A stretch of 62,633 nt of DNA, filler included, from Chiloscyllium plagiosum (GCF_004010195.1; 4 parts of one record of this genome joined end to end with filler, not necessarily neighbours in it); one strand, 5' to 3'; shown: positions 37,438-50,556, numbered from the whole stretch's first letter. Notes: generated by a model not told the origin, from the letters alone. A program made the numbers and translations.

Positions 37438-38139
37438 CTCGACCACTTGGGGCATGGGGCTGACTGTGTTGGCTTTACGGGAGCCGATGCGGAACTTGGC
37501 GGCCTTGTAGATCTTCCAGTAGACAAAGAGCACCACGCAGAGGGGCAGGTAGAAGGCGCCAAAGGTGGAGAAGATGGTGTAGGAGGGCTCCTGGCTGACC
37601 TGGCAACGGCCGTCTCGCTCCGAGTAGGCATTGCCCCCCCAGCCGAACAGCGGCGAGAGGGAGATGACGGCGGACAGCGCCCAGGTCAGGCCGATCATGA
37701 GGTTGGAGAGGCGGCGCCGAGCCTGCACCGTGTACTCCAGGTGCCGGCTGATGGACCAGTAGCGGTCTAGGGCAATGGCGGTCACGTTCCAGATGCTGGC
37801 GGTGCAGCACAGCACGTCCAGGCTGACCCACAGCTGGCAGAGTGGCCGGCCCAGCAGCCAGCGGCGCCCGTGCAGCTCATGCACCAGGCTCAGGGGCATG
37901 ACTAACGCCGCCACCAGCACGTCCGACACCGCCATGGAGGCCACCAGGTTGTGCGGGACTCGGTGGAACGCGCGCACCCTCAGGATGGTTACCAGCACCA
38001 GGCCGTTCCACAGCAGCGTGGCCAGCACCAGGCCAGCCAGCAGCGTCAGGGCCAGGATGCTGAATACGGATACCCCTCCAGGGGGCAGCTGCCCTTCGCT
38101 CCTGTTGCCCCACTGCAGTGAGCTGTTGGATACATCCAT
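37438..38139 (-). CDS. HTR5A: 5-hydroxytryptamine receptor 5A, coding exon 1 (234 codons, TM1-TM5 and start of ICL3)
   Basis: ATG at 38139 ([12 protein letters not shown]...). Class A GPCR motifs are present: [64 protein letters not shown] and [22 protein letters not shown]. The exon ends VVE|GTAAGC, a phase-0 donor at 37437. The ICL3 sequence ([19 protein letters not shown]) is 5A-type, and PAXIP1 is the known 5A neighbour. Confidence 0.95.
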
Positions 38140-38514
38140 GCTTATTCCTCCCCACAGTCCAGAGTGAAGTGGTGGGGAGACGGAGGGGGTGAATAAGTCC
38201 CCTTTAATGCCCCCTCTCTTTCTGCCTCTCACAGACACCCCTTGCCCCAAGGGGGGTGAGCTGCAAATCCAGTCCCACTCGAACTCTCCATTTCTCGGGA
38301 CAACAGTGCCAAGCTGGGCTCACCGAGGCGAGTAGCAGGTGTGTAGTAGGACCCTGGAGACACTAGGCAACAGCATCTGTGGATATACAAAGAGAGAGTT
38401 AGAGCTTCCCAATCCGTGTGATTTCTCCAGAACTGTTCCCCCCAGTGTCTCTAGCACTTCTGTCTCTTTCATTTCTTTGAAATTAAATTAGCTGGCTTAA
38501 GGGGGCAGGTCAGT

Positions 38515-38677
38515 CACTGCACACAGGGGGCAGGGCTCCCACTGCACACGGGGGGGGCAGGGCTCCCACTGCACACAGGGGGGGGCAGGGCTCCCACTGC
38601 ACACAGGGGGGGGCAGGGCTCCCACTGCACACAGGGGTGGCACGGCACCCACTGCACACGGGGGGGCAGGGCTCCCG
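38515..38677. repeat. G-rich minisatellite, 25-28-bp unit, about 6 copies, runs into the gap
   Basis: cactgcacac(a)G5-8cagggctcc repeated. Confidence 0.9.
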
Positions 38678-38777
38678 NNNNNNNNNNNNNNNNNNNNNNN
38701 NNNNNNNNNNNNNNNNNNNNNTTAATTAATTAANNNNNNNNNNNNNNNNNNNNNNNNNNNNNNNNNNNNNNNNNNNN

Positions 38778-39650
38778 CCAAAGCTATCTCATGTCCCCGT
38801 TTTGCCCTCCTGATTTCCCTCTTAAGTATACTCCTACTGCCTTTATACTCTAAGGATTCACTCGATCTATTCTGTCTATACCTGATATAGGCTTCCTTCT
38901 TTTCCTTAACCAAACCCTCAATTTCTTTAGTCACCCAGCATTCCATATACCTACCAGCCTTCCCTTTCACCATGACAGAATATACTTTCTCTGGATTCTC
39001 GTTATCTCATTTCTGAAGGCTTCCCATTTTCCAGCCGTCCCTTTACCTCCGAACATCTGCCTCCAATCAGCTTTTGAAGGTTCTTATCTAATATCATCAA
39101 AATTGGCCTTTCTCCAATTTAGAACTTCAACTTTTAGATCTGATCTATCCTTTTCCATCATTATTTTAAAACTAATAGAATTATGGTTGCTGGCCCCAAT
39201 GTACTCTCCCATTGACACCTCAGTCACCTGCCCTGCCTTATTTCCCAAGAGTAGGTCAAGTTTTGCACCTTCTCTAGTAGGTACATCCACATACTGAATC
39301 AGAAAATTTTCTTGTACACCCTTAACAAATTCCTCTCCATCTCAACGCTTAACACTATGGCAGTCCCAGTCTATGTTTAGAAAGTTAAAATCCCCTACCA
39401 TAACCTCCCTATTCTTACAGATAGCTGAGATCTCCTTCCAAGTTTGTTTCTCAATTTCCCTCTGACTATTAGGGGGTCTCTAATACAATCCCAATAAGGT
39501 GATCATCCCTTTCTTATTTCTCAGTTCCACCCAAATAACTTCCCTGGATGTATTTTCGGGAATATCCTTCCTCAGGGCAGTTGTAATGCTTATCCCTTAT
39601 CAAAAATGCCACTTCCCCATCTCCCTTGCCTCCCTTTCTATTCTTCCTGT
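38778..39650 (-). mobile_element. CR1 ORF2 endonuclease-region fragment
   Basis: PTREGAKLDLLLGNKAGQV...SNHNSISF...LNWRKANFDDIR. Confidence 0.85.
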
Positions 39651-40109
39651 AGTGAAACTGCTTCTCTCAAAGGGTCATTAATCTTTTGAATTCACTGCCC
39701 CAGAGTGCAGTGGGTGCTGGAACATTGAGCATATGTCTGGAGGCGGTGGACCAATTTTTAATTAGTGATGGGTTATGGGGAGCGGGCAGAAAAGAGGAGT
39801 TGAGGCCGCGATGAGATCACCTGTTGCTGTATTGAATAATTGAGCAGACTCGAGCCCACTCCTGCTCCGAGTTCTAATGTTTTTTATTTTGTTAAATCTG
39901 AAGCTGGAAGTAACTCCTGTACTTGCTGATCCAGTGTGGCTTCTTTTCTGGCAAAGCTGTAATTTTGAAACAAAAAAAAAATCACCTCCCTGTTTCCAAA
40001 TCTCTCTCTCGCCTCACACCTGTATCCCTTCCAGCACTATTCCCAAAAAAATCTCTCTTCCACCAAGTCCACGTCCTTTTGATCTCAGAGAGAAAAGGTC
40101 GTGTGGTAA

Positions 40110-41200
40110 ATAGAACATAGAACATTACAGCGCAGCACAGGCCCTTCGGCCCTCGATGTTGCGCTGACCTGTCATACCAATCTGAAGCGCATCTAACCTA
40201 CACTATTCCATGTATGTCCATATGTTTGTCCAATAACGACTTAAAGTTGGCGAATCTACTACCGTTGCAGGCAAAGCATTTCATACCCTTACTACTGTCT
40301 GAGTAAAGAAACTACCTCTGACATCTGTCCTATATCTATCACCCCTCAATTTAAAGCTATGCCCCCTCGTGCTCACTGTCATACTTGGAAAAAGGCTCAC
40401 TCTGTCCACCCTATCTAACCCTCTGATTATCTTATATGTCTCTATTAAGTCACCTCTCAACCTTCTTCTCTTTAACGAAAACAGCCTCAAGTCCCTCAGT
40501 CTTTCCTCGTAAGACCTTCCCTCCATACCAGACAACATCCTAGTAAATCTCCTCTGCACCCTTTCCAAAGCTTCCACATCCTCCTTATAATGCGGTGACC
40601 AAAACTGTACACAATACTCCAAGTGCGGCCGCACCAGAGTTTTGTACAGCTGTAGCATAACCTCATGGTTCCGGAACTCGATCTCTCTATTAATAAAAGC
40701 TAAAACACTATGCCTTCTTAACAACCCTGTCAATCTGGATGGCAACTTTCAAGGATCTGTGTACCTGGACACTGAGATCTGTCTGCTCATCTACGCTATC
40801 AAGAATCTTACCATTAGCCCGGTACTTTGCATTCCGGTTACTCCGACCAAAGTGAATCACCTCACACTCGTCCGCATTAAACTCCATTTGCCACCTCTCA
40901 GCCCAGCTCTGCAGCTTATCTATGTCTCTCTGCAATCTACAACATCCTTCGTCACTATCCACAACTCCACCGACCTTAGTGTCGTCTGCAAATTTACTAA
41001 CCCACCCTTCTACACCCTCATCCGGGTCGTTTATAAAAATGACGAACAGCAGTGGACCCAACACTGATCCTTGCAGTACACCACTGGTAATTGGACTCCA
41101 AGATGAACATTTCCCATCAACCACCACCCTCTGTCTTCTTTCAGCCATCCAATTACTGATCCAAACTGCTATATCTCCCACAATCCCATTCCTCTGCATT
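40110..41200 (-). mobile_element. CR1 LINE 3' RT fragment
   Basis: SGVLQGSVLGPLLFVIFIND...SKFADDTKVGG...LYKTLVRPHLEYCVQFWSP and a (ttctatg) tail. Confidence 0.92.
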
Positions 41201-41455
41201 TAAATATAAGGTGGATAGCTGTAAACTACTGAAGGATATCAATGGACCCGACTGGTCAGCTAGGCAGAGCAGTGACAAATGGAATTCAACCTGGAAAAGT
41301 GTGCAGTAATGCACCTGGGGAGGCCTAACAAAGCAAGTAATTATAGCGTGAATGGTAGACCCTGGGAAGTTATGGAGATCATAAGAACCTTGGTGTGCAT
41401 ATCAGAACAGTGAAGATATGGCAGGAAGAATAAGATGGTTGAGAAGACCTATACA

Positions 41456-42735
41456 ACACAAAAACAGAAATTGCCGGAAAAACTCAACAGATCTGGTAGC
41501 AACTGTGGAGAGAAATCAAAGTTAACTTTTCAGGTCCAATGTCCCTCCTTAAAACTGATGGTAGCTAGGAAAAAAGTTGTTTTTTATGCAGAAGTGTGCG
41601 GAGGGGGTAAGGTGTAAATGATAGTTAGGGTTAGTGCCCAAAGAGAGAGAACAAGCTAGCAGGAAACGTGCCACCAGGATATATGAACAGCAACTGGCCA
41701 CCAAGACATAATCCACTGTCACTAGTTTCCATACATACAGACAAAGAAGGACACCACTTTGACTGGGACAACGCACACATCCTCGGGCAGGTGAAGCAAA
41801 GACATGCACGAGAATTCTTGGAGGCACGGCATTCTAACCAGAACTCCATTAATAAACACATCAATTTAGAGTCAAGAGCATGGTGTTGGAAAAGCACAGC
41901 AGGTCAAGCAGCATCCGAGGAGGAGGAAAATTGATGTCAATTTAGACCCTATCGATCTTCCCTTGAAAAGAGAAAAACGCAAATGACATCACCCAGCTTA
42001 AGAAACCAAGACCTATAAATAGAGAGGCAGGGCATACTACCAGCGCTTTACCAGAGACTCTCACTGATGATATGACCTACTCATGGTGACGAAATGTCTG
42101 AAAACAAACCTTCCAGCTCAGCGAGCTAACTTACATACTTATCATTAACCTGACCTACAAATCTTCTCAAAAATTGCTAAGAGACAGAACAGTTGGAAAG
42201 ACAGGAGTAGTTAATGATTAACCTGGGAATGAAGAGATCCTAATGTGAACTAGTTGTGGCTAACAATGGGTTGTGTGTAATAGCATGTAATGGCAAGGCC
42301 TAATGTGTGCGGCTTGGGAAAAGGTGTCTCGAGTCCTAATATTGTTGAACATAATACTGAGTCCAGAAGGCTACAGGGTCTCCAAGTGGAATATAAGGTG
42401 CTATTCTTCCAGCTTGCACCAAGCTTCACTGGAGCACCGGAGTAAGCCTGAGATCAGAGATGTTGGCCAGGGAACCAACATCTGGAGTGGGGTGTCAAGG
42501 TGGCAAGTGACTGGGAGTTCAAGGTCTTTTTTGCAGACTGAATGTAGGTGTTCTGCAAAGCAGTCACCCAGTTTATGCTTTGACTCCCCAGTGTAGAGGA
42601 AACCATATTGTGAGCAGTGAATGCAACAGATTGAGTGAACTGCAAGTGAAACGCTGTTTCATCTGGAAGGTAAGTTTGGGGCTTTAAGTGTTAAAGAGGG
42701 AGGAAGTGAATGGACAGGTGTTCCACCTCCTGTAG
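41456..42735. mobile_element. Old minus-strand Neptune-type PLE with a plus-strand Poseidon-type PLE fragment (about 41660-42180) nested in it
   Basis: Minus strand CIHCSQYGFLYTGESKHKLGDCFAEHL near 42540-42630. Plus strand HTDKEGHHFDWDNAHILGQVKQRHAREFLEARHS. Decayed hammerhead at 42061-42101. Confidence 0.7.
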
Positions 42736-42879
42736 TTACAATATAGGAGACTTGTCTTTATTAGCAGAGGCATAGCATACAAGAGGAAGGAGGTTATTCT
42801 GGAACTGTACAAAACACTGGTTAGACCACAACTGGTGCGCAAAGGTTGTAGCCAGGATGGATAGGAACAAACTTGGTTG

Positions 42880-43325
42880 AAGACTTAATTCCCCTTCCCA
42901 TTCTCTTTCTGATATGACCATCCTTGGCCTTCTCCATTGCCACAACGAATCACACACTGCAAATTGGGGGAACAGTTCCTCATCTTCCACCGGACAGCCG
43001 ACAGCCCGGAGAGCTCAACATTGACTTCTCCAATTTCAAATAAGCTCTCTTCCCATCCCCCAACTCCCTTCCAAGCCCCTCCACCTTCCTTTACCCCTCC
43101 CTGCCACCTACCAGATTAATTCTTCCCATTGACAAACTAGGTCGTACCCTCTACCTGTCTCTTCACCTATCACCATTTCACCCTGGCCTTGCTACCGCCT
43201 TTATCTGCAGCTCCCCTCACACCCGCCCTCAATCCTGAAGAAGGGTTACACCCGAGACATTAACTTCTCCACCTCTTGATGCTGCTTGGCTTGCTGTGTG
43301 TTCTTCCAGCCTCTTGCCTGTCTCT
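42880..43325 (+). mobile_element. Neptune-type PLE 3' end (same family as 60985-61392)
   Basis: Decayed HFNSPSHS...LGLLHC...LIFH remnant, a C-rich 3' UTR and a decayed hammerhead (cctgaagaagggttacacccgagacatt) near 43234. Confidence 0.7.
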
Positions 43326-44899
43326 GATGGATAGGAAGGCATTTTTTGTGTTGGTAGAGGGACATAGATGTAAGGTAAGAAGAGAATACGCTTCACTGGA
43401 GATCATGAGAACGGCAGATGCTGGAGAGTCAGAGTGGATAAAGAGTGGAGCTGGAAGAGCACAGCAGATCAAGCAGCATCAGAGGAGATGGGGAGTCGAT
43501 GTTGGAACCTTTCATCGCTCCCCTTCTTCTTTGACACTGCTTGACCCGCTGTGCTTGTGGAGAGAGTCAGAAGCTCACTGTCTAAAAGGGTGGTTGAGTG
43601 AGAAGTTTCTGTAACAATTAAGTTGCATTTAGCTAGCCCCTTGCCCGGCCATAGCCCCCAGAGCCATGTATAGAAAAGTGAAAGCTGGAATCAGTGTAGT
43701 CAGTTCTTTGATGGGTGAGGGACTGATGATGGGCCTTCTCTCCTGTAAACATGTGTATTACTAAGGAGCTATATGTTTACATTGAACACAGATCTTGAGA
43801 CTAATGGGATTAGGGTAGCCCCATCAGCATTTTCACAAAGCTCAATGCATTAAAGCCTCAGATCCATACCTTAATAGGCCGCCTTTGAACTTTATAATTA
43901 CCAACTGAATAAATATTAAACACCTGCCAGCTAGATTGATCCAAATGGTAATTGCTTCTCCCAAAGTCCTACAGAATAAACATTAAATCTATGCGTTCCT
44001 TTAATCAGTGACATAATTTTTAAAATATGCTAAAATGTAATTTTTCTACAAAAATGTTTTCTTTAAAAATAAGAGCCCAGGAATTTTCTCTGTATCCTTT
44101 CATAGGGTATGGGTTTTGCTAATAAAGCCAGCACTTTTTTTTTGTAAATCCCTAATTACCCTGGAACTGAGGCCATTTCCAGAAGGCAGTTAAGAGTCAG
44201 CAGCATTGCTCAGGGTCTGGAGTCACATGTAGGCCAGACTAGCTGAGGATAGCAGGTGCCCTTCCTGAAAGGGCATTAGCGAATCTGCTGGGTATTTACA
44301 GTGGTCGTGCTATGGTACCATTATGGAGGGAAATCTGTTCAATTCCGGATGTATTAATCTGAATTTAAATTTCACCTGCTGTGGTGGGATTGGAATGAGC
44401 GACTGGCTTAAGGGGTGTGAGGATAAGGTGGGATCATGTGATGTGGCAAGAGACTGGTGTGGAATGCAAACATCAATACTGTAAACTAGTTGGGTTTTAA
44501 ATAACAGTATTATCAACTAGTTTGGCTGCATACCTTAATTCTTGTTGGGCCGAAGGTCCTGTTTCCACACTACGGAGTCTATGAAAGTTAGGAACTAATT
44601 CTGTATCGAAAGTATGAAGCTGCTATTTTGTTATCAGGTGCTGACTGGCCAGACCACGTGTATATTTCAAAGATTTGCACTGTCTTTCTTTATAGAATAA
44701 CTGCAATTACTCCTGAAAGGCTAACATACTGTTTTTCAACCTTCCCACAACATGACCCATTCAAAATTAAAAAAAAACCGAAACATTTCTAATTGCTTCC
44801 AGACATTTCTCTAAACCTCTGCCCAATCCCTCTGGGGTTTAGGTGCAAAGTTACAAGGTAAGGCCTGTAGCCCAAGATCTTTTTCACTGGAGCGTCAGA

Positions 44900-45270
44900 G
44901 GCTAAGGGGTGAACTTATAGATGTTTTTTAAAAAAAAAACATGACGTAAAGATAAGCTGAATGGCAAAGGACTTGACCCCAGGATAGGTGAGTTCAAAAC
45001 TAGAGGGCATAGGTTCAAAGTGACAGGGGAAAGATTTTAAAAAAGACCTGAGGGGCAACTTTTTCACGCAGAGAGTGGTGCATGTATGGAATGAGCTGCC
45101 AGAGGAAGTGGTGGAGGCTGGTACAGTTACAACATTTAAAAGTACATTTGGACAGGCACATAAATTGGAAGGGTTTAGAGGGATATAGGCCAAATACAGG
45201 CATGTGGGACTAGTTTAGTTTGGGGAAACTTTGTTGTCATGGATGAGTTAGACTGAGAGGTCTGTTTGTA
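44900..45270 (+). mobile_element. CR1 LINE 3' end
   Basis: Matches the CR1 3' ends at about 3200-3500 and 51751-51983. Confidence 0.75.
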
Positions 45271-45530
45271 GATATAATAAAGAAAAACACTCTGTTCGCA
45301 ACAGTGTCTTCATTTTCTCTGTCTCTATATAAATTTTAAAATTGGAGTGGGGGAGGGGGTGCTGAATAAAGGGCCCAGTTGTGGCACAGTTGTAGTGTCC
45401 CTCCAAAAAAAAAAATCTAGCTGTTACTAGGTTCCAATTTTGAGACCTTCTTGTGGAAAAGCAAGGTACAAGTGATAAGTTTTCTTAATGTCAGTGGCAG
45501 AAAGGTTTAAACTCTGTTTTGTTTTGACAG

Positions 45531-46148
45531 GAGAAGTACAACTGTGCTTTGAGTCGAAGCAGCATCAAAATAGTGACGCCAGACTGGGTGGAGGACAGTG
45601 TCGTGGCAAAATCCAGGAAGGATGAGTGCACGTATCACCCTCGCCTTGTCATTCCGGAGGAGGATGAGGAAGAGCTGGCCGGAAACGATGAGGAACCTGA
45701 AATGGACGACAAGTGTTCGGCCAAGAGCAGCGCTGGGTCATCGCGGGCAGGCTCTCCGCTCAGCGTGCCGGGCTCGCCCCCCAGGCGGGGGGGTGAGAAG
45801 GCCCAGAAGGCCACCAGCGAAATCATGTTCGACGACTCCTCGGACTCCTCACCCGAGAAGCAGGAGAGGAACCTGAACTGGACCCCGGCGGAAATCCCGC
45901 CTCCCAGCGCCGCGAAGCGCCGGCTGGCTCACGGGAAAGAGTCCGCCCTCATTAACCTGTGCGCCAACGTCCCGCCGGTGCCCAGCTCCGTCTCTCACCC
46001 TGAGGCCAGGGTTGGCTTGGTGACGCCTGGCCAGGGGGCTCCGGGCCCTGAGATGGCGACTGCCTGGAGCCCTGCTGTCAGGACTCTGCGGAATATAACG
46101 AATAACGCTGACATTCAGCAGATCTCCAGACCGTCCAATGTAGCGCAG
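45531..46148 (+). CDS. PAXIP1: PAX-interacting protein 1 (PTIP), single internal coding exon (206 codons: end of BRCT2, acidic and linker region)
   Basis: Acceptor tttgttttgacag|GAG and donor CAG|gtaagt, both phase 0, 618 bp. Translation [24 protein letters not shown]...YHPRL...[23 protein letters not shown]...[12 protein letters not shown]...[28 protein letters not shown] matches recalled vertebrate PAXIP1. Confidence 0.93.
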
Positions 46149-46879
46149 GTAAGTGGCTTGTCATTCCTGCTGGGGCGCGCGGAATCTCCTGAAGTGGAGC
46201 AGCTGGGGTTAACGCGGAGCGCGACCTTTCTGTTTAAAATAGTAACGACAGGACGGCAACACTATCGAGTCGCAGACTGTGCAGGTTAGCCGGCCGGTCA
46301 GTCTGATCTGCTTTCGTATCATCTGTGACACGGTCCCCTTGTCTCACCCCACTCAGGATTTTAGCAATCTGAAATGATAATCCACCTTTCTCTGTCTATG
46401 CTGCCTGATCCACCTCCGAATGTAAGAAGTCGGAGCAGGAGTAAGCAGGTCAGCCCCTCTCGTCTGCTCCCCTAATCAGTATGTTTGTGACTGATCTCCT
46501 CTCGCCTCAACTCCACTTCCTGTCCCTCCCCCATTTGCTAATCAAAAATCTGTCCATCTCCTCCTCATTCACTGTCCCAGCATCCACCTCATTCTGGGGT
46601 AGTGCATTCCACAGATTTGTGACCCTATGAGAGAAGTCATTTCTTATCTCTGTTCTAAACCTGCTAGCCCTTAGCCTAAAACTATGGCCTCTCATCTTAG
46701 ATTGTGCCTCAGAGAGAAACATCATCTCTTGACCTACATTTTTGATCCCCAAAGCATTTTATGCACCTCAGTTAGATCTCCTCCTGTATAGACCTAAATT
46801 GCTTCATCGCTCTCAATCATCTTTCGAGCTTTTTCTGTTTTTACCTTAACAGAGGTTATCGGGTTTGCTTCAAAGAGAC

Positions 46880-47490
46880 CTTGGAGTGGAGGTTCATAGC
46901 TCCTTGAAAGTAGAGTCAGAGGTGGATGGGATAGTGAAGAATTCATTATGTTTATTGGTCAGTGCATTGAGTAGGAGTTGGGAGGTCATGTTCAGGCCGT
47001 AAAGGACATTGGTTAGGGCACTTTTGGAATATTGCGTTCAGTTCTGGCCTCCCTACTATAGGAGGGATGATGTGAAACTTGAAAGCGTTGAGGAAAGCTT
47101 TACAAGGGTGCGGCTGGGGTTGTTTATAGGAATCGGCTGGGGTTGTTTTCTCTGGAGCATCAGCGGCTGAGTGGTGGTTTATATAAATCTAACAGAGGTT
47201 TATAAAATCATGAGGGGCGTGGATACAGTGAACAGACAAGGGCTTTTCCCTGCAGTAGGGGAGTTCAAACTAGAGGGCATAGGTTTAAGGTGAGAAGGGA
47301 AAGATTTAAAAGGGACCTAAGGGGCACCTTTTTCATGCAGAGGGTAGTGAGTGTATAGAAAGAGCTGCCAGGGGAAGTGGTGGAGGTTGGTACAATTACA
47401 GCATTTTAAAAGGCATCTGGATGGGGATATGAAAAGGAAGGGTGTAGAGGGGTATGGGCCAAATGGTGGCAAATGGGGCTAGATTAATTT
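46880..47490 (+). mobile_element. CR1 LINE 3' fragment
   Basis: Decayed TLVRALLEYCVQFW...EVYKIMRGVD followed by CR1 3' UTR. Confidence 0.75.
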
Positions 47491-48315
47491 AGGATCATAG
47501 AATCCCTCCAGCATGGAAACAGGCCCTTTGGCCCAACAAGTCCACACTGACCATCCCACCCGATTTACCCCTGACCAATGCACCTAACTTACACATTCCT
47601 GAACAGTGGGCAATTTACCATGGCCAATTCACTTGCACATCTTTATATTGGGCCAGGATACCTGGTCAGCATGGATAAGTTGCTCTGAAAGGTGTGCTTC
47701 TTTGCTGTCCAGCTCTGAATCTAAAATTCTGCATTTCTGCTCTTGCTGCAAGATGACCTCTAATGTCTGTGTGGTCCAGTTAAATTGAAGCTTCTGTTTC
47801 TCTCTATTCCCCTAACCAGTGTGGGGATAGGTCTGCTCTTTAGAATTGCGAGCCACCATCAGATCCCTCTCCTGGGTAATTGTGGGAATGGTACAATGTT
47901 CCTAACCATCTTAATGACATTTGACCCAGCTACCGTCTTGGTCAGCACAGCATCTTCTGAAAGCAGAGTACTGTGGATGCTGGCAGGCTGCTGAAAAACA
48001 AGCAGTTCAAGTTGAAATAAAGAAGGAAATTGCTGGAGAAACTCAGCTGGTCTGCCCTATATGTGAGGATGAAAAATAGACTTGACTCTCCGGAAGAAGA
48101 GTCATCCTGGATTCAATATTTCTCTTTATCCACAGATGCTTGCTGAGCTTCTACTGCACTTTGTTCTGACTTCAACACTGCATCTCTCCTCTTGCTCTTC
48201 CACCCTTCCTGAGAGGCCCAGGTTAAAGATGTGCTTGAGATTAAAATTTGTTAGCATGCAGTGCTTCAAGCAGAGACAGTAAAAGGGAGAATATTCTAAC
48301 TTGTTCAGAAACCAG

Positions 48316-49085
48316 GCAAAAGTGAGGACTGCAGGTAGAGTCATATAGAGTCATAGAGATGTACAGCATGGAAACAGACCCTTCGGTCCAACCTGTCCAT
48401 GCCGACTAGATATCCCAACCCAATCTAGTCCCACCTGCCAGCACCCGGCCCATATCCCTCCAAACCCTTCCGATTCGTATATCCATCCAAATGCCTCTTA
48501 ATGTTGCAATTGTACCAGCCTCCACCACATCCTCTGGCAGCTCATTCCATACACACACACCACCATCCACGTGAAAAACTTGCCCCTTGGGTCCTTTTTA
48601 AGTCTTTCCTCTTTCACCCTAAATCTATGCCCTCTAGTTCTGGACGCCCCACCCCAGGGAAAAGACCTTGTCTATTTATCCTATCCATTCAATCATTATT
48701 TTGTAAACCTCTGTAAGCTCACCCCCTCGGCCTCCGACGCTCCAGGGAAAACAGCCCCAGCCTGTTCAGCCTCTTCCTATAGCTCAGTCTAGATTAGAGT
48801 GGTGCTGGAAAAGTACAGCAGGTCAGGCAGCATCCGAGGAGCAGGAAAACTGACGTATCGGGCAAAAGCCCTTCATCTGGAATAAAGGCAGGGAGCCTTT
48901 GGGGTGGAGAGATAAATGGGAGGGGGTGGGGCTGGGGGGAAGGTAGCCAAGAGTACAATAGGTGAATGGGGGTGGGGATGGAGGTGATAGGTCAGAGAGG
49001 AGGGTGGAGTGGATAAGTGGGAAGGGAGATTGGCAGGTAGGACAGGTCATGGGGACAGTGCTGAGCTTTCCAGCACCACTCTCAT
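48316..49085 (-). mobile_element. Neptune-type PLE terminus with a 16-bp TSD and a nested CR1 3' end (about 48337-48787)
   Basis: TSD cttgttcagaaaccag at 48300-48315 and 49086-49101. Decayed hammerhead at about 48850-48882. Confidence 0.75.
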
Positions 49086-50556
49086 CTTGTTCAGAAACCA
49101 GTCTGTTGCTGTGAATGGGGGAGCTGTGGAAGGAGAGGAGTAGTTGATGGGTTGAATGGTCACTCCTTTCTCTATTTATCAGGTCAGTCAATCAGAACTC
49201 CCAGGTTAAAATGGGCATTGGAATAAAAAGGATCCTTAGCTTGGTAACAATGGATTCTGCTGGGGAGACTATGTTTGTTAATGACACATGCTGTCATTGA
49301 TTCGTAAATCAAAGCGGCAAGTTTATGGGGTTGAGGAAGATGCTATGAAGTGTGAATCTCCAGAGTTTGCTGGTTGGTTTACTGTTCCCTGCTGTTCGCT
49401 TCTCACAAATGTTACTTCATCCTGAACCACTCATTATTGTTAAAGCCGTGTTGGATTTGCAAGTGAATCACTCTTTAATCTTACACATCCCTAACTCTAA
49501 TCAAACTGACTTTAACACCGGAAGCAGTAGGAGTAGGCCGTTCAGTCCGTTGAGCCTGGTCTGCCATTCAATAGGATCGTGGCTCATCTAACATTCCTCA
49601 ATCCACTTTTCCGCCCTTTCCCTGTAACCCTCGAGTCCCAACTGATCAAGGATCTATCTCAGCCTTAAATATACACAAGGGCTCTGCCCCTACAAAGGCT
49701 CTCAATTCTCAGAGGAAATTCTTCCTTCTACTCAGTCTAAAATTAGTGCCTCTCTACTCCAGACCCTTTAGATCTGGACATCCTTTCAACATTTATCCTG
49801 TCAAGAATCCAATATGTTTGAATGAAATCACCTCTTATCCTTCTAAATTCCAGTGAGTAGAATCCCAACGTGTTTAGCTTTTGCTCATAGGACAATCCTT
49901 CCATTCGAGAGATCAACATAGTGAACTGTCTTTGAATTGCCTCCAATGAAGTGACGTTTTTCCCTTAAAGAAGAGGACCAGACTGTTGGCAGTATTACAG
50001 ATGTGGTCTCACCCTATACAATTGCAGTAAGGTTTCCTTACTCTTGTATTCAACCCTTTAAAATAAGAGTTAACATTCCACTAGCCTTCCTGATGACCTG
50101 CTGTACGTGAGTGTGCTAGCTTTCTGTGCACAAGTACCCCTGTGTCCTTTGATGTTGCAGATTGCTGCAGTTTTTCTCTATTTAAATAGCACTCTGATCT
50201 TCTGTTCTCCCTTCCAAAACAAACAACTTCATGTTTTCCTGTATTATACTCCATTTACTAACTTCTTGCCAACTTACTCCCCGTGTCAGTGGAGTTTGCA
50301 CATTCTCCCCGTGTCTGCGTGGGTTTCCTCCGGGTGCTCCGGTTTCCTCCCACAGTCCAAAAATGTGCAGGCTAGGTGAATTGGCCATGTTCAGTTGCCC
50401 GTAGTGTTAGGTGAAGGGGTAAATGTCGGGGAATGGGTCTGGGTGGGTCGGTGTGGACTTGTTGAGCTGAAGGGCTTGTTTCCGCACTGTTTCTGCACTG
50501 TAATTAAACTAAAAAACCCTGTGTGATTTAGGAACACTTGCTGATAGCAATACAGT

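Noticed and set aside
35374..37463. Many hydrophobic Leu/Ser/Phe-rich ORFs
   Set aside because: Products of CT-rich low-complexity intron sequence.
37672..37681. GGACAGCGCC, the right half of an RE1/NRSE site
   Set aside because: The left half (TTCAGCACC) is absent and the match is explained by the codons for WALSA.
38140..38250. 37-aa N-terminal extension of HTR5A in the ORF track
   Set aside because: It begins at TTG. The ATG at 38139 gives a normal-length receptor N-terminus with N-glycosylation sequons.
37327..38250. Assignment as HTR5B or as an intronless receptor
   Set aside because: The ICL3 sequence and PAXIP1 adjacency indicate 5A. TM6-7 are on a separate exon with canonical splice sites.
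46149..46289. ORF continuation [15 protein letters not shown]... after the PAXIP1 exon
   Set aside because: It follows a consensus CAG|gtaagt donor and loses similarity to PAXIP1; intron read-through.
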